Source: Chrysemys picta bellii (taxonomy: Eukaryota). From it: a DNA stretch of 64,000 nt. Below the pieces are notes generated by a model. That model searched no databases. It saw only the letters and a list, made by a program, of their open reading frames with translations, and was not told where the DNA came from. A program made the translations under genes and the position numbers. Numbering within the stretch: the first letter of the stretch is position 1; every line of letters starts with the position of its first letter. Positions 1-12,756 of this stretch are shown here, one piece after another. The stretch covers positions 55,986,001 through 56,050,000 of the forward strand of contig NC_088801.1 in NCBI RefSeq assembly GCF_011386835.1. Reading direction: 5' to 3'.

Positions 1-79
1 CGGTCAACCGGGCCCGGCGACGGGGTGCACGGGGGCAACAAGGCGCGCGCACCCGAGCGGGGGTGGCTCCATTTCTCAC

Positions 80-107
80 CTTCGTGGGTCTTGGCGATCT
101 TCGCCAT
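80..107 (-). CDS. SF3B1: SF3B1 (splicing factor 3b subunit 1) first coding exon; gene continues off the left edge
   Basis: Minus strand reads AAAATGGCGAAGATCGCCAAGACCCACGAAG|GTGAGA = MAKIAKTHE plus a phase-1 GT donor. This matches the recalled SF3B1 N-terminus and the SF3B1-COQ10B-HSPD1-HSPE1 gene order. Confidence 0.95.
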
Positions 108-420
108 TTTGTGCAGCGCGAACAACACCGAGACGGAACTGGAGCTCCCAGTCCCCAGCCACTTCCGCTACGAGGGGCGGGGGGAGGGGAGACTCACTGC
201 GCAGGCGCAATGTACGTCAGCTAGCGACGGTCCGAGGCGACGGAGACTCACTGAGCAAGTGCGGTTGCGTCGACGGGGCGGGGGCAACAGTTGCGCAGGC
301 GCAGTGCTGGGCCTCACGGGCGTGAGAAAGCGCCAGGGGGAGTCTAAGGGGACGATTCTTTGTAGCGGGCACCCCCCACACGTTTGCCTGTTACCCTCAG
401 CGTGCTTGGCTTCGCTGTAG
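100..420 (-). promoter_or_regulatory. SF3B1 CpG-island promoter
   Basis: CpG-rich. YY1/TISU-like AAAATGGCG overlaps the ATG, an ETS core CACTTCCG lies at ~160, and two NRF1-like GCGCAGGCGCA motifs lie at ~198-208 and ~293-303. Confidence 0.8.
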
Positions 421-2747
421 CGTGAGGGCTCAGCGCTGGGTGGAGCTTTTCCTAGCTCCGCCCAGTGGGGGATGCCAGAGCCAGATGCCGCTTGCTACGC
501 TGCTTGGCGGGGCTCGGATGTCCTGCTGGGCTCGCCCATGGAGCCTGGGTGCCCGGCTGTGTTCTGCCAGGCGCCGTTCCTCCCTGATTCTGGAGATGAC
601 AGATTGGGGTGCTCTCTGGACCCCCCCCGGCCTGGCACGAAAATGTGATGTCACTCACAGCAAAGTGTGCGGATGCTCATTGCATGGGCCTTTTCTCCTT
701 TCTTACTCGCTTTGAGAGCAGCGAGACAGTTAATGCTGACATTTTAATTCTCATAATTGGATCTCTGAGTTAAAACCTCACTGAGATTAATGAGGCAGTT
801 CACATCCCTCAAAGATATTGTCTCAGGTCCAGAAAACGGAGGCAGAAGTCACTAAATCAGTTAGGCTTACTTTATATTTTGGAAGTTATATTCATAACAA
901 TAAGAGCTACAGACGTTTTCAAAAAAACATTCTGGAGCACAAGATGGTGGATCAGGAATATAGGGAATGCTATGTATTCTCCCCTAGGTCGAGTCATGTC
1001 CATGCTATTGGTGCCAGCTGTTCCTTTGCCTTTCACAGTGCTAGAAGATTGTAGCACCATGCCAAGAAAGTGTCAACTTATCCTCAAACTGTGACAGAGT
1101 TCCACCTGAGTGCCAATGTGCTGACTGGAATGATATAGCACAGTGTGGCAACACGATTGCTCTGCCTGGGACCTGCAAGCAGGCCCAAAACCCACAGCAC
1201 AGGAAATCAGTATAACCCTGAAACGGCTTGGAGAGACATCTGATCTACTCTATCTGTCACTGCTGATCTGATGATGACCCTGCAGTAACACTACAGCAAG
1301 TAGCAGTGCTTGAGGCTGCTACTTTAGAATACAGGAGCATTATTACTTACGAGTATGGGCAGCAGTGTGTCACCACCATGATTTCTGTAATGTTTAAGTG
1401 TTTGGGGATTTTTTTGTGAAAAGTCATGTTGTCCAAGTCTGATCTTATTTGCTAGTTTTACAGTAGTGCAGTTCCACTGACTTATCTGGAGTTACTCCTG
1501 ATTTATGCTGGTATTTTTAAAGGGTATTTAGGCACCCAAAGATGCAGATAGGTACTTAGTGGGATTTTCAAAAAGTGCCTCAGTGCCTAACTCCTGTAAA
1601 AATCTGACCCAAAGTGCCTGCAAATCCTTCTCAATGTGGCTACAGCAGCTGGTCATTGCAGCCACAAAAGTGATTGCTAGACACTGTGTAGGGCGCGCAG
1701 GAATTATGCTAATTCCGTATGTTCCTTTGGGCTGCCTTGGCTGGAAAGGCTTGAAAGAAACCTTAACTAAACTCAGAAACATATTAAGTGGATTTTCTCA
1801 AATTAAAATAAAAAAAAAAACCACCTTTAGACTCAGACCAAACCTGGAAAGTTTCAACCCTAAAGGAAACACGCAGAAAGCTGAATTGGACTTGGACTAG
1901 CAACCTAGGGGTGAAAGGCTCTGTATTCTGTTAAACAAAGAGCAACAGAAAACTGCATGAAATTATAGCAAAAGCTGTGGTGGCTTTTATTTTTATTCTC
2001 CTGAGTTAGCAAGACCACCACCATTTTCACTTAGGCTCACAACGTCTATTAGATTGTAATGGTTTTCAGCCACTCAGTGATACTATGCTGAGATACTACC
2101 ATGATGGGTGCTCTATAAATACAAATAATGGGTAGATTAGCTGGACAGATGTCAGCAACCTGGTCTCACCAGCAAGTAGGTGATCAAAGATGTCATAAAT
2201 CATATCTCCTATTTTCCTGATGTACCAGCAAAGTTTAAATGAATGTATTAGTCAAGCCAATGTTGGCAGTTTGAGTTCGTTAAGGGCACTTTAAGAGATC
2301 CTGTTAAAGTCAGATTGAGATGGATTAGCACAGCTGTTTGGAATTATTATTGGGATAAATGGTGGAGTTTTTAATGGGATAGATGTTGCTATGGGGAGGA
2401 AGTTTATATTTTATTATAGTTTGTTTTCTGTGTTGCAGATAAATTTTGTCAAGCTGTATGGTCTAATTCTGTTTTCATTGGAGAATGATCTATCTGGAAT
2501 GTTATAATTTTTCCATTTATTTGAGCTGGGCATTCAAATAGCTGAAGATGGTGAGGATCTTTTCTTCTCTTCCCTTATTTTTATATTCCCTTTTATCAGT
2601 TCATGTTTTGCTAGACTCTCTTTACTGACACCCCACCCCTTCTTCCCATAGCCACAGAAAGGATTATTTGTTGAGTCTCTTGGGGATCCAGGTCAGGAGA
2701 TCAAGATAGACAAGAATTCAGTGCAGCAGGAGTTTAATGTGTGTAAC

Positions 2748-4139
2748 TGTGATAGTTCTCGAGGTACCCAGGACTGTTAGTCACCTTGTTACCCTCCTTC
2801 CTTCAGCGAGAGAGAGTCTTGCTTATGCTTAACTTGTCAGCTTCCTGACACCTCCAGTCTTTTAGACCTCAAGTCCTTATGATAGATCAGGTTGTCTTTT
2901 TGTTGTTCATTATGGTTACTCATCGTAAACCTTCTTTTATAATATTTCCTTTACTCAAAATACATAAACAGAAAATAATCAGCTGTAACAATTCTATCTG
3001 TTTCCAATCTTCTTACTTCAGTGCTTGGAACATGATCCTTAGCTAACCAGCAAACTGTGGATAAATCCTGCCATGACTATGCCACTGTGATAGTTCTCAA
3101 GGTACTCAGGACTGTGAGTCACCTTGTTACCCTCCTGCCTCTAGTGAGAGAGGGGCTTGCTTGTGCTTTAGTGGAAGTCAGCTCCCTGACGCCTCCAGTC
3201 TGCTAATCACCCAAACAATCTCCTCTGGGCTATGCCAGCCCTTCCTTTGCCTTGCAGGTTAACAATAGGTATACTCCGGTACTTTGAAACATTCCCTTGT
3301 GGTGGCCAGCCCATTATCCACTGAACACTCACAGTAATACCAGGTCTGCTGTCCCTAAAGGAACAGTATACACACCTGCTTGAATGATTCAACTCGGGAT
3401 CAGCTACTTGTATAACGCCACAGCACTAAGATATATTTATAGTTAAAACATAAGTTTTATTGTCAATTATCAAAATTTAAGAGATAGCGAGTAAGAATAA
3501 TGGAAACAAGAGGTTACATATAAAACAAAAGTATAACACATTTTCTAAAGACTAAACTTAACAGGTTAACCTTTAGTCTAAATACATTTAGCTCACCCCA
3601 AATGTCCTTTGCAGCGTTTTCAACAAAGCCTGGTTCAGAGCCCATTTTCATGAAAATAAACGCACTGTCCATTTACTTCCTAGATGCAGGGATAAAGGTG
3701 TCTCCTTTTGCCTTCTCCTTATATCCCCCAAAGTTCATTGTTTGTTCCCAGAATCAGGTTGACCCCTTGTTGTTTATTTTCCGGTTTGCTGACTCCCTGT
3801 TGATTTTGTATGTAAATAGGGCTTCCATTGTGTTGGTTTACAATGCTTAATTTAAATGCAGCCCAAAAGAGACAGGTGAATAAACATATTTCTCTGGCAG
3901 AAGTCTGTTTGTCAATTCTGCCTTGACACAGACTTCAGGAACATATTTTCAGCATGCATACATAACTCCTTACATAGTGTCAGTACATACATTTCACAAC
4001 AATATTAATGACCGATGTCATCCTGGCTTTCTGTAAAGACCTCACGTGATATTCTCTGGTGAACCAGAATGTACATACCAACATCAGGATATTCTTGTTA
4101 CCCCCTTGACAATTGGCACTGAGGAGTTTGCGGGTGACA
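2748..4139 (-). mobile_element. Internally deleted LTR retrotransposon (Gypsy-like): full 5' LTR 4139-3086, PBS, short stub, last ~125 bp of 3' LTR
   Basis: TG...CA termini flanked by a perfect 5-bp TSD GTAAC (2743-2747, 4140-4144). 2748-2873 repeats 3086-~3200. A tRNA-Ser-like PBS lies at 3084-3064 on the minus strand, and minus-strand AATAAA at 3456-3461. Confidence 0.8.
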
Positions 4140-4279
4140 GTAACCAACTGGAGTCATTGTCACGTGATGGTGTTCCCCATAATGATTAGTGTGCAGTGTC
4201 TTTCCTTCTCTTGCATCTCAAGCTTGGCTTCTAATGTCTGTTGTGCTGCAGAGTTAACATCAGCAGCAAGGTTATAAGT

Positions 4280-5014
4280 ATAGCTGGTCAGGAATTTTCT
4301 GACAATTTTGTTGTTGTTGTTGTTGGAAAATGCTAATTAGTCAAAACTAAATGTTTCACAGACATATTTCAGTGTTGATGAACTTCTGCTAATAGACAAA
4401 AAGGGTCCAATGGGATCCTGCCTGGGCAGGGTTCAGTTAGAAACCTGCCTGGTTTCCTGCCACCTCATCCGGCAGGCTGCTGAGGAGCCCAGATTTCTAC
4501 GGTCCATGACTCCAGGGCATCGCCACCATGTGGACAGTGTAAGGACTGGAGCTCCCAGGGTCCATGGCTCTGGGGTGGCCCTGCCACACTGACTGCCCCA
4601 AGGCAGGGAATCCCAGGCTTCTAGGCTCACAGCTCCATAGCAGGGAGCTTGGAAGCTCTGAGATCTCTGGCTTGAGACCCTGACATATAGCTAGGAGCCT
4701 GCTAAAAGTTTCTAGGCACTCTGTTCCTGGGGGGAGACTCCTGTGATTCCAGGGGACTTCCTGGGCCACCCCTGACTTCCTGGGAGCAATCCAGAGAATC
4801 CCCCGGAGTTGAGGCAGTGTGAGAAGACCCTAGAAATCGGGGAAGGACTAATCAAATGGAAATCTTTCAATATTTCCTAAAATAACATTTTTTTTAATTT
4901 CCTTTCCACAGGCAATTTTGAAATTTCTAGTTTTCTTTCTTATTTGGAGTCAACACATTTTCAAAATGATGGAATTTCCCGTGGAACAAAAATTCAGAGT
5001 CTTGACCATCTCTA
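4280..5014. mobile_element. Old non-autonomous DNA transposon with degenerate inverted ends
   Basis: Starts TATAGCTGGTCA and ends TGACCATCTCTA, with a GC-rich interior. TSD not established; boundaries approximate. Confidence 0.4.
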
Positions 5015-5620
5015 GTTACAAATAGTTGCTCTGACTATACATCCTCCAGCATAACAGAGAAATAAGGCATATTTCAATAGTTGAAGAGGACATGACTCCC
5101 AGGAACACTTCTAATAATTCACTTCAGAATAGGCCATCTCCTGTAAACTAGAAAACCTAGCCCCAATTTTGTGTTGTGACTGAGTTTGGTGCAGTCTGAG
5201 GGTGGGAGGCAAGGCTTTCATCCTTCCTCCCCCACAGATTCTGGAAGCAGCAAAGGACTGTTTCCCAGGACCACTCTAACTTATGGCTGCCTACCATGGC
5301 CCCTTCTCTGACACATTCTTTCCTTCCTTTTGTGATATCCCCATCATGCTCCACCAGCTCTATGCCTCCCTCCACCCCACATCAGGGAGATTCTCTGGTA
5401 GTTATTTCTACTGGGTTTATGACTCCTGTATCCCAGTGGAGCTGTCACACAGTAGCCTTATGTAACCCTGAAGAAGGCCTCACATTTTTAAATGTAGTTA
5501 TAAGAAAAAAAATCTGCATGTATGTGTGAGTCTCAGAAGGGCAAGACAGAGAAGGCACTAGGCAACTGATCCTGTTTACTAATATACCCAATGCCAGCCT
5601 TGAAAAAAGTTATACCTGCA

Positions 5621-6480
5621 TGTAACAGGGTGAGCTATCCCCGTTACTGTCAGTGGGAACCTGGGGCCAACCCACCCTGTTCCAAGGCCTGGCCATTTAA
5701 GAACAGCTGCTCAGGAAGGAATAATGGAACCAAGCTGATAATGGGGGACACGTGCCAGTAGAATCACCACCTCCTGAGCATGATAAAGCACTGCTTTTTA
5801 GATAGAGGGGGAGCTGAGACTCAGGAGAGAACTGGAGGAAGGGGTGTCCTGGGGTAAAACAGAATGGGGAAGTGGGAGGAGCTTGCTAGAAATGAAGTTT
5901 CTGGAAGGAGGATTATGGTCCCCCTGCCTTGAGGGAGAAGTTTGAGACCAGGACTGGGGGTAAGGAAGAGAGCTGGGAGAGAATCCAGAGCGAGTAGAAC
6001 AGTGAGTGGAGACTTCAGAGTTTGGTGCTTTATAAAAGAGAAGCAGGGCCGCCAGGAAGGCTTGTAGTATAGGAAGAGGCCCTGGGTGAGAGAAGCAGAA
6101 TAGACTGTGGTTATTGGAGGGGTTTCCAGGCCTGGGACTCTATAGAAGAGGGTGGCCACAGGTTCCTCCTATATTGCTACCCTGTGATGATGTGTAGTGA
6201 CCCCTGTAGATAAGGAGAATATAGGACTGATTAGAGCCTGGGAGAGAAGTGCTGGAAATGAGGTGAAGATGAAGGAAAAGACAGTCCCTCAGGCAGGAAG
6301 AATCTTGCCTGCCAAGATGGGGGTGGAAGACTTGTTTGTATTTTGATACCTTGAAAGGGGTTGATTTTTGTGATTTAGCTGGAGGACTAAGTCACCAAAG
6401 CACCCAAACTGTGCTGAAGGCCCAGATGATCATCTCAGATGAGGGGAAACTGAAGCAGTGTTAGTGCATTGCCCTGTGAG
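5621..6480 (+). mobile_element. Probable solo LTR
   Basis: Starts TGTAACA, purine-rich body, TATAAAA at ~6030, degenerate TGTGA end near 6479. No TSD found. Confidence 0.45.
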
Positions 6481-6678
6481 GTGTTGTGCTCTGGGACTGC
6501 ATTCTACAACACTGCAGAACAGGTACAGCTGGAGGGTATGTGCTGTGACCCCAAGTGTATTAACTTGCAATAAATCCCCAAAGTTTGTTTTGAGGGAAGC
6601 CAATTGAATCTGAATGGAGAAAGAGATAGTTTAAGGCAAGGAGCCAAATCTATGTCTGCTTGCTCTTATGTTTTGTTG

Positions 6679-8137
6679 CAGAGTCATTGGCCATTATCTT
6701 TGAAAACACATGGCGATCGGAGGAGGTCCCGGATGACTGGAAAAAGGCTAATGTAGTGCCCACCTTTAAAAAAGGGAAGAAGGAGGATCCAGGGAACTAC
6801 ACGCCAGTCAGCTTCACCTCAGTCCCTGGAAAAATCTTGGAGTAGGTCCTCAAGGAATCAATTCTGATGCACTTAGAGGAGAGGAAAGTGATCAGGAACA
6901 GTCAGCATGGATTCACCAAGGGCAAGTCATGCCTGACTAACCTAATTGCCTTCTATGATGAAATAACTGGCTCTGTGGATGAGGGGAAAGCAGTGGACGT
7001 GTTATTCCTTGACTTTAGCAAAGCTTTTGATACGGTCTCCCACAGTATTCTTGCCGGCAAGTTAAAAAAATATGGGCTGGATGAATGGACTATAAGGTGG
7101 ATAGAAAGCTGGCTAGATCGTCGGGCTCAATGGGTAGTGATCAATGGCTCCATGTCTAGTTGGCAGCCGGTATCAAGCGGAGTGCCCCAAGGGTCGGTCC
7201 TGGGGCCAGTTTTGTTCAATATCTTCATTAATGATCTGGAGGATGGCGTGGTCTGCACCCTCAGCAAGTTTGCAGATGACACTAAACTGGGAGGAGTGGT
7301 AGATACGCTGGAGGGTAGGGATAGGATACACAAGGACCTAGACAAATTAGAGGATTGGGCCAAAAGAAACCTGATGGGGTTCAACAAGGACAAGTGCAGA
7401 GTCCTGCATTTAGGACAGAAGAATCCCATGCACTGTTACAGACTAGGGACCGAATGGCTAGGAAGCAGTTCTGCAGAAAAGGGGTTACAGTGGATGAGAA
7501 GCTGGATATGAGTCAACAGTGTGCCCTTGTTGCCAAGAAGGCTAACTGCATTTTGGGCTGTATAAGTAGGGGCATTGCCAGCAGATCGAGGGACGTGATC
7601 ATTCCCCTCTATTCGACATTGGTGACGCCTCATCTGGAGTACAGTGTCCAGTTTTGGACTCCACACTACAAGAAGGATGTGGAAAAATTGGAAAGAGTCC
7701 AGTGGAGGGCAACAAAATGATTAGGGGGCTGGAGCACATGACTTATGAGGAGAGGCTGAGGGAATTGGGATTGTTTAGTCTGCAGAAGAGAAGAATGAGA
7801 GAGGATTTGATAGCTGCTTTCAACTACCTGAAAGGGGGTTCCAAAGAGGATGGATCTAGACTGTTCTCAGTGGTAGCAGATGACAGAACGAGGAGTAATG
7901 GTCTCAAGTTGCAGTGGGGGAGGTTGGATATTAGGAAAAACTTTTTCACTAGGAGGGTGGTGAAGCACTGGAATGGGTTACCTAGGGAGGCGGTGGAATC
8001 TCCTTCCTTAGAGGTTTTTAAGGTCAGGCTTGACAAAGCCCTGGCTGGGATGATTTAGTTGGGGATTGGTCCTGTTTTGAGCAGGGGGTTGGACTAGATG
8101 ACCTCCTGAGGTCCCTTCCAACCCTGATATTCTATGA
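6679..8137 (+). mobile_element. CR1 LINE, 5'-truncated, frameshifted ORF2 reverse transcriptase
   Basis: ORFs 6660-6845, 6867-7511, 7355-7720 and 7654-8058 carry CR1 RT motifs ([36 protein letters not shown]). The CR1 3' end with ATTCTATGA tail is at ~8129-8137. Confidence 0.95.
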
Positions 8138-10099
8138 AGATGTACATGGTGCTTTATAAAAGATGGCAACAACTGCCCAAAACCAGGTTATAGAAATGCA
8201 AAGTCCTAATAACTTCTGGGGTATTAAATTGTGACTAAAACCAGGGGTGATGAGAGGGGAGGAAAGTGGGGACAATTGTACCTGAGCTCAGGGCCCCACT
8301 ACCAAAAGTCTGTAACTGGGGTGAAATAGGAAAGGGTGGGGCTTCAAGTTCTCTTTCAACAGGCCTGTCTAGAACTTACAGTTGTGGATCAAGACACCAC
8401 TGTTTGGTGCTGTACAAACATATAGCAGAGATAGTTCCTGTCCTGAAGAGCTCACAATCTGGACCAACAAGATTATTGGATGAAACAAACAAATTGGTCA
8501 GAGTGGGGGAAGGGAGAATAGGGTAACAGTGATGTAGAGCATATTTAGTGTAGGCTAGCTGCACACAGTATAGCAGCCTCTCCAGCCATTATCAGAATTG
8601 AATCTAAAGGAGGGTCTGGGGTGGCTTTAAAAACATTTTTGGGGTGTCTGTGCTAGGCATTTGGGTTGGTATGAGAGAAAACAAGTGTTTGAGGGAGAAG
8701 TGGACAAGTCAGTGAAGGCTTTTTGTTCTATGTCTTTAAAGGTGACTTGCCAAGGAAAAATGAGACTTATAATGGAGGTCCAAAAACTTAAAAACAAAAC
8801 TAGGCTTTTTTTTCTCTCTCTTTTTTTTTTAAGAAGTCTTTTTACAGGATGTGGATTGAGAGCTCTGTAAGGCCTCGCCTACACTACAAAGGGTTTGCTG
8901 GTATTTTTATACTGGCAACACCCCTCATGAAGATGCAGCTTATACAGGCAAGAGTTATTTTTTACTGATATGGCTTGCACCAGTTCCCCAAATGAAATTT
9001 TGCTGGTATAACTGTCTGCTGTAGGCTTTTTTCTGGTATGAAAATGTTGTAAAGAATCACACCTCCACCTGACATTATTATACCAGTAAAAGTTCATAGT
9101 GTAGATCTCATCTAAGACCCCACTCCTGTGATGTCTTAATCGTGTGCTTAACTCTTACACAATGTAAGTAGTTGCATTGACTTCAGTGGGAGTACTCAAA
9201 AGTGCACAAAATTAAATGTGTGCATAAATCTTTGCATGATCAGGCCTAAATCCTTAGTAATCTTTAACAGACATAAAATTTCTTGCATGAGAAATTATAA
9301 GATGTCTGAGTTTAAAAGATCTTCTCATAAAGAAATGAGCCTGAATAAAAAACTCTTCCAGCTGCAACTTCACTTCTATAGTGCCTCAATCTCATAATTA
9401 TCCAGTAATCTATAATTTTCAAGAAAAAACAGTCTAGTTACATCTAACTTCTAATATAAAAGTCAACCAGAAAAGCACATGTCTGAAATAAAAAACAACT
9501 CTTCAGGCCTCTTTTATATATTATAAAGAAGCATGACAGGAGACGAATCCATAAAGATAATGGCTGATATAATTTGCTTTCTCCTCCCTTGGATTCCTAG
9601 CAAATTGCAGAGAGTTGACAACCTAACTTTCTACATGCCCAAGTTGCTGTGTATGCCTTTTGGATGACAGAATCTCTATAATGTGCACAGATGTTGAAGA
9701 GTCCCTGACACGTTTTGAAATTCCACCTATTTTCTCCGGCAACCTTGTTGGATAAAATCGTTCCTTGCCTCGCATCCTGCAGTTGTGAAGCATGTTAGCT
9801 GATGCTCTCCTAATCAGAAGTAGCTGCATTTCACAGTTCCTTATTTATGCATGAAGGCCTTGAACCTACATCAGGATTTGTGAGCAGCACAGACTTCAGC
9901 TCTTGCATAGGACTCTATCTAGGCATAGGCAGTTGTGATAGTGGATACAGATACAGGATAAGGGCCACTATTTGTAAAACACCTTGATATCCTTTGTTGG
10001 GGGACAGGTTGCGTTAGAATACTGAGTGAGATTTTATATAAATATTTAACAAATGATTAATTGCATAATCAATAGATTCTAACTGTTCTTACCGTTATG

Positions 10100-10700
10100 A
10101 CATTGCAATTTTTCCCTCCTTCGCCCAGCAGGTGGCGCTGTAAAGGCACACGTTCTCCGTGCGCTGCTTCCTTCAAGCCTGCAGTGAGCGCCTTGGGGCG
10201 CCGGGCCCCTACCTCTTTGAACAACAGCCGATTGGGGGGCGTTGCTGTCGATCAGAGAGTCTGGGCGGACATCCAGCCCTGTTGGGACAACGGGCTGTCA
10301 GTCAGAAGAACCGGGCGCTGATTGGGCCCTGCCTCTACGGCTTGAGCGGTAGTTGCCCGGGCCAAGGCTTGAGCGGCGATGGGAAGGCGGCGTCCGGAAG
10401 CGTTGGTGCCCGGGGCGTGCTGCCTTTGTTTTACCGGCTCCCCCTGAGCCAGGGAGCCGAGCTCAGGGTCCGCTGCGTGTAAGAGGGGCCCAGGCGCGGC
10501 AGCGGTGGCGGGGAGGCGGCGGTGTGGGAAGGGCGCAGGCCCCCGGCCTGGCGGTGCGCGGGGGGCTCTTCCCGCGCCCAGAGCCTTGGGCGTGGGGCGG
10601 AAAGTGGCGCGCGGAGCCCGGGTGTGCGCGGGGTGAGCTCGCGGAGCCCGAGCTGGCGGGGGTGAGAGGGGGCCCCCAGAGAGAGACCGACTATGGACAG
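10100..10700 (+). promoter_or_regulatory. CpG-island promoter and candidate non-coding exon 1 (donor after 10478), most likely for the transposase-derived gene
   Basis: Isolated CpG island with two reverse CCAAT boxes (10231-10235, 10321-10325), an RFX X-box-like GTTGCCCGGGCCAA (~10352), an ETS CCGGAAG (~10394), then CGT|GTAAGA followed by a G-rich intron start. No other gene in the window accounts for it. Confidence 0.65.
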
Positions 10701-10876
10701 GAGCCAGGACAGGGATAACGCAGGAGAGGGATGATCTAGGTACGGAAATGGCTCCCTAGTGCCGGTCCCTGCCTCAGCCTTCAGAGTATTTATCTCACAT
10801 TTCCACAACACCTGCAGAGGCAGGGAAGGGCAGTTATTCCCATTGTACAGATGGCAAACTGAGGCATAGCGACAGA

Positions 10877-11128
10877 GGCTTCGTCTACACCTAAACATTA
10901 AATTGACCTAACTGCCTTGGTCAGGGCTGTGAAAAACTTCACGTCCTGTTGATGTAGTTAGGTTGATCTAACCCCCACTGTAGAAGCAGCTAGATCAAGG
11001 GACGAATTTTTCCTTTGATCTGTCATCTCCCTGAGAGGTGGATGAACTAAATTGATGGAAAAACCCTTCTGTTGATGTAGGATGTGTTTATGCTGCAGCA
11101 GTGCCACTGTATGATGGTCATACACTGA
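10877..11128. mobile_element. Non-autonomous TIR element (GGCT-CGTCTACAC end type) inserted into a CORE-SINE/MIR-like relic
   Basis: Starts GGCTTCGTCTACAC. MIR-like halves lie on either side (~10830-10876, ~11130-11210). Right end approximate. Confidence 0.4.
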
Positions 11129-11386
11129 CTTACGGTCACACAGGAAGCATCTGACAGAGTAAGAATTGGACTCCTGGTCTCCAAGTCCAAGAACCCTAGC
11201 CACTGAATCACTGTAGTGAAAGCATCTGTAGAACTATTAGCAGGAATTTCATGCCTCTGCCACCACTTCCTAAAAATATAAATAGATGCAATAATACTTC
11301 CAAAACTTACTGTGTATTTTCCATTGAATAGTTCATGTCTATCATAATTTTTCGTTTCACCTGAAAACTTTTCTAATATTCTTGAT

Positions 11387-11589
11387 CAGCGGTTCTCAAA
11401 CTTTTATACTGGGGGACCCCTTTCACAGAGCAAGTCTCTGAGTGCAGCACCCTCCCTTATAAATTAAAAACACTTTTTTATATTTAACACTATTATAAAT
11501 GCTGGAGGCTAAGTGAGGTTTAGGGTGGAGGCTGACAGCTCGTGACCCTCCATATAATAACCTCACGACCCCCAGTTTGAGAACCTCTG
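11387..11589. mobile_element. hAT MITE
   Basis: TIRs CAGCGGTTCTCAAAC / GTTTGAGAACCTCTG with a perfect 8-bp TSD TTCTTGAT. Confidence 0.9.
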
Positions 11590-12591
11590 TTCTTGATACA
11601 TTTAAATTACATCTGAAATGTAGAGATCTAGCTTTGCTTTCAAATTCTAGATGACCTTCCATCAGTTGAACATAATCCAACTCCATTGCTGTCTACTTTT
11701 GAGAGAGTTAATGTTCTCAGCTTCCTTTCTTAGCTTACAATTTCTTATGAAATTTTGCCAATGCTGTATGTATTTTCACAATTAAATACATGATAAAGCT
11801 AGTGAGGAGAGACTTCCTTCCATCTTTGCCCCACCAGAGGGGCTCAATGCCCTAACATCCCCATGTACATGCTAGTGAAGCTCACTTTCTATCATTGTCT
11901 TGTGACTAAAGCACAGGACTAGGAGAAAGGAAATCTGGGTTTAATTTCCAGCTCTGCCACCAATTTATATCACCTTGAAACAGAATGGTTAGTGACTTGG
12001 CCTATTTCCCTGCCTCACAGAATTGTTATATTGGCTTAACAGTTACGTGTAAAGCTTTCTTGGTTATTTAGATGGATGGCACTCTGAAAGTCGTCTTGTT
12101 TATAAAAAAAAAAAAAAAAGCTTTATTATTGCTTTGGCTGCCAATGGCGCATCCCATACAGTTGCACTATTCAGCTATCTATAGAACCAGTTGTAAATAC
12201 AGCATGTTAAAAATGCAATGGTTTTTAAACAGTAATTATCCACTATCACATATGGTCATCTCTGCAAGCTCCAATTAGGAACCACTCTTTGCCCACATAA
12301 AATGACTCTGAAAAGTGTTAGATATTGTAAAAGTATTTTTAACTTACAATTAGAAGGTTGAAATGAATCTGTTAACTTTCTAGTCAGTTTTTCCTCTATT
12401 GCAAATGTATGCTCTAATTTGGTATTATAGGATTGATTGTGCTGGTGGCTTCTCTTTTTTAAAAGGAAAACCAGGTTTAAATAATATCAAAAAAGCTCTC
12501 TGTTGGTCATTAGGACGGTGTGATATAAATGTTTTAATAAAAAAAAAAAAAAGCACCTTTAATGTGGAACTTCCCTACTGGAATAGATCAG

Positions 12592-12756
12592 TAGAGCCCT
12601 GCACAAATACAAAATTTGTATCCGCATCCCATCCGTGGATATAAAGCAGATATCTGCAGATTTGTAGGGCTCTAGATACAAAATTTATATTCACATCTGA
12701 TCTGCGATCTGCAAAAATGGTCTGGGAATATAAATCCACAGATTTGTAGGTCTCTG
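12592..12756. mobile_element. Small hAT-like MITE with a duplicated right end
   Basis: Left end TAGAGCCCTGCACAAAT; right ends ATTTGTAGGGCTCTA (to 12674) and ATTTGTAGGTCTCTG (to 12756). Outer flanks TAGATCAG / TGGATCAA match 6/8. Confidence 0.6.

Noticed and set aside
6660-8058. CR1 ORFs as functional reverse transcriptase genes (also 46682-49127 and 52167-53301)
   Set aside because: 5'-truncated and broken by stops and frameshifts; none can encode intact ORF2.
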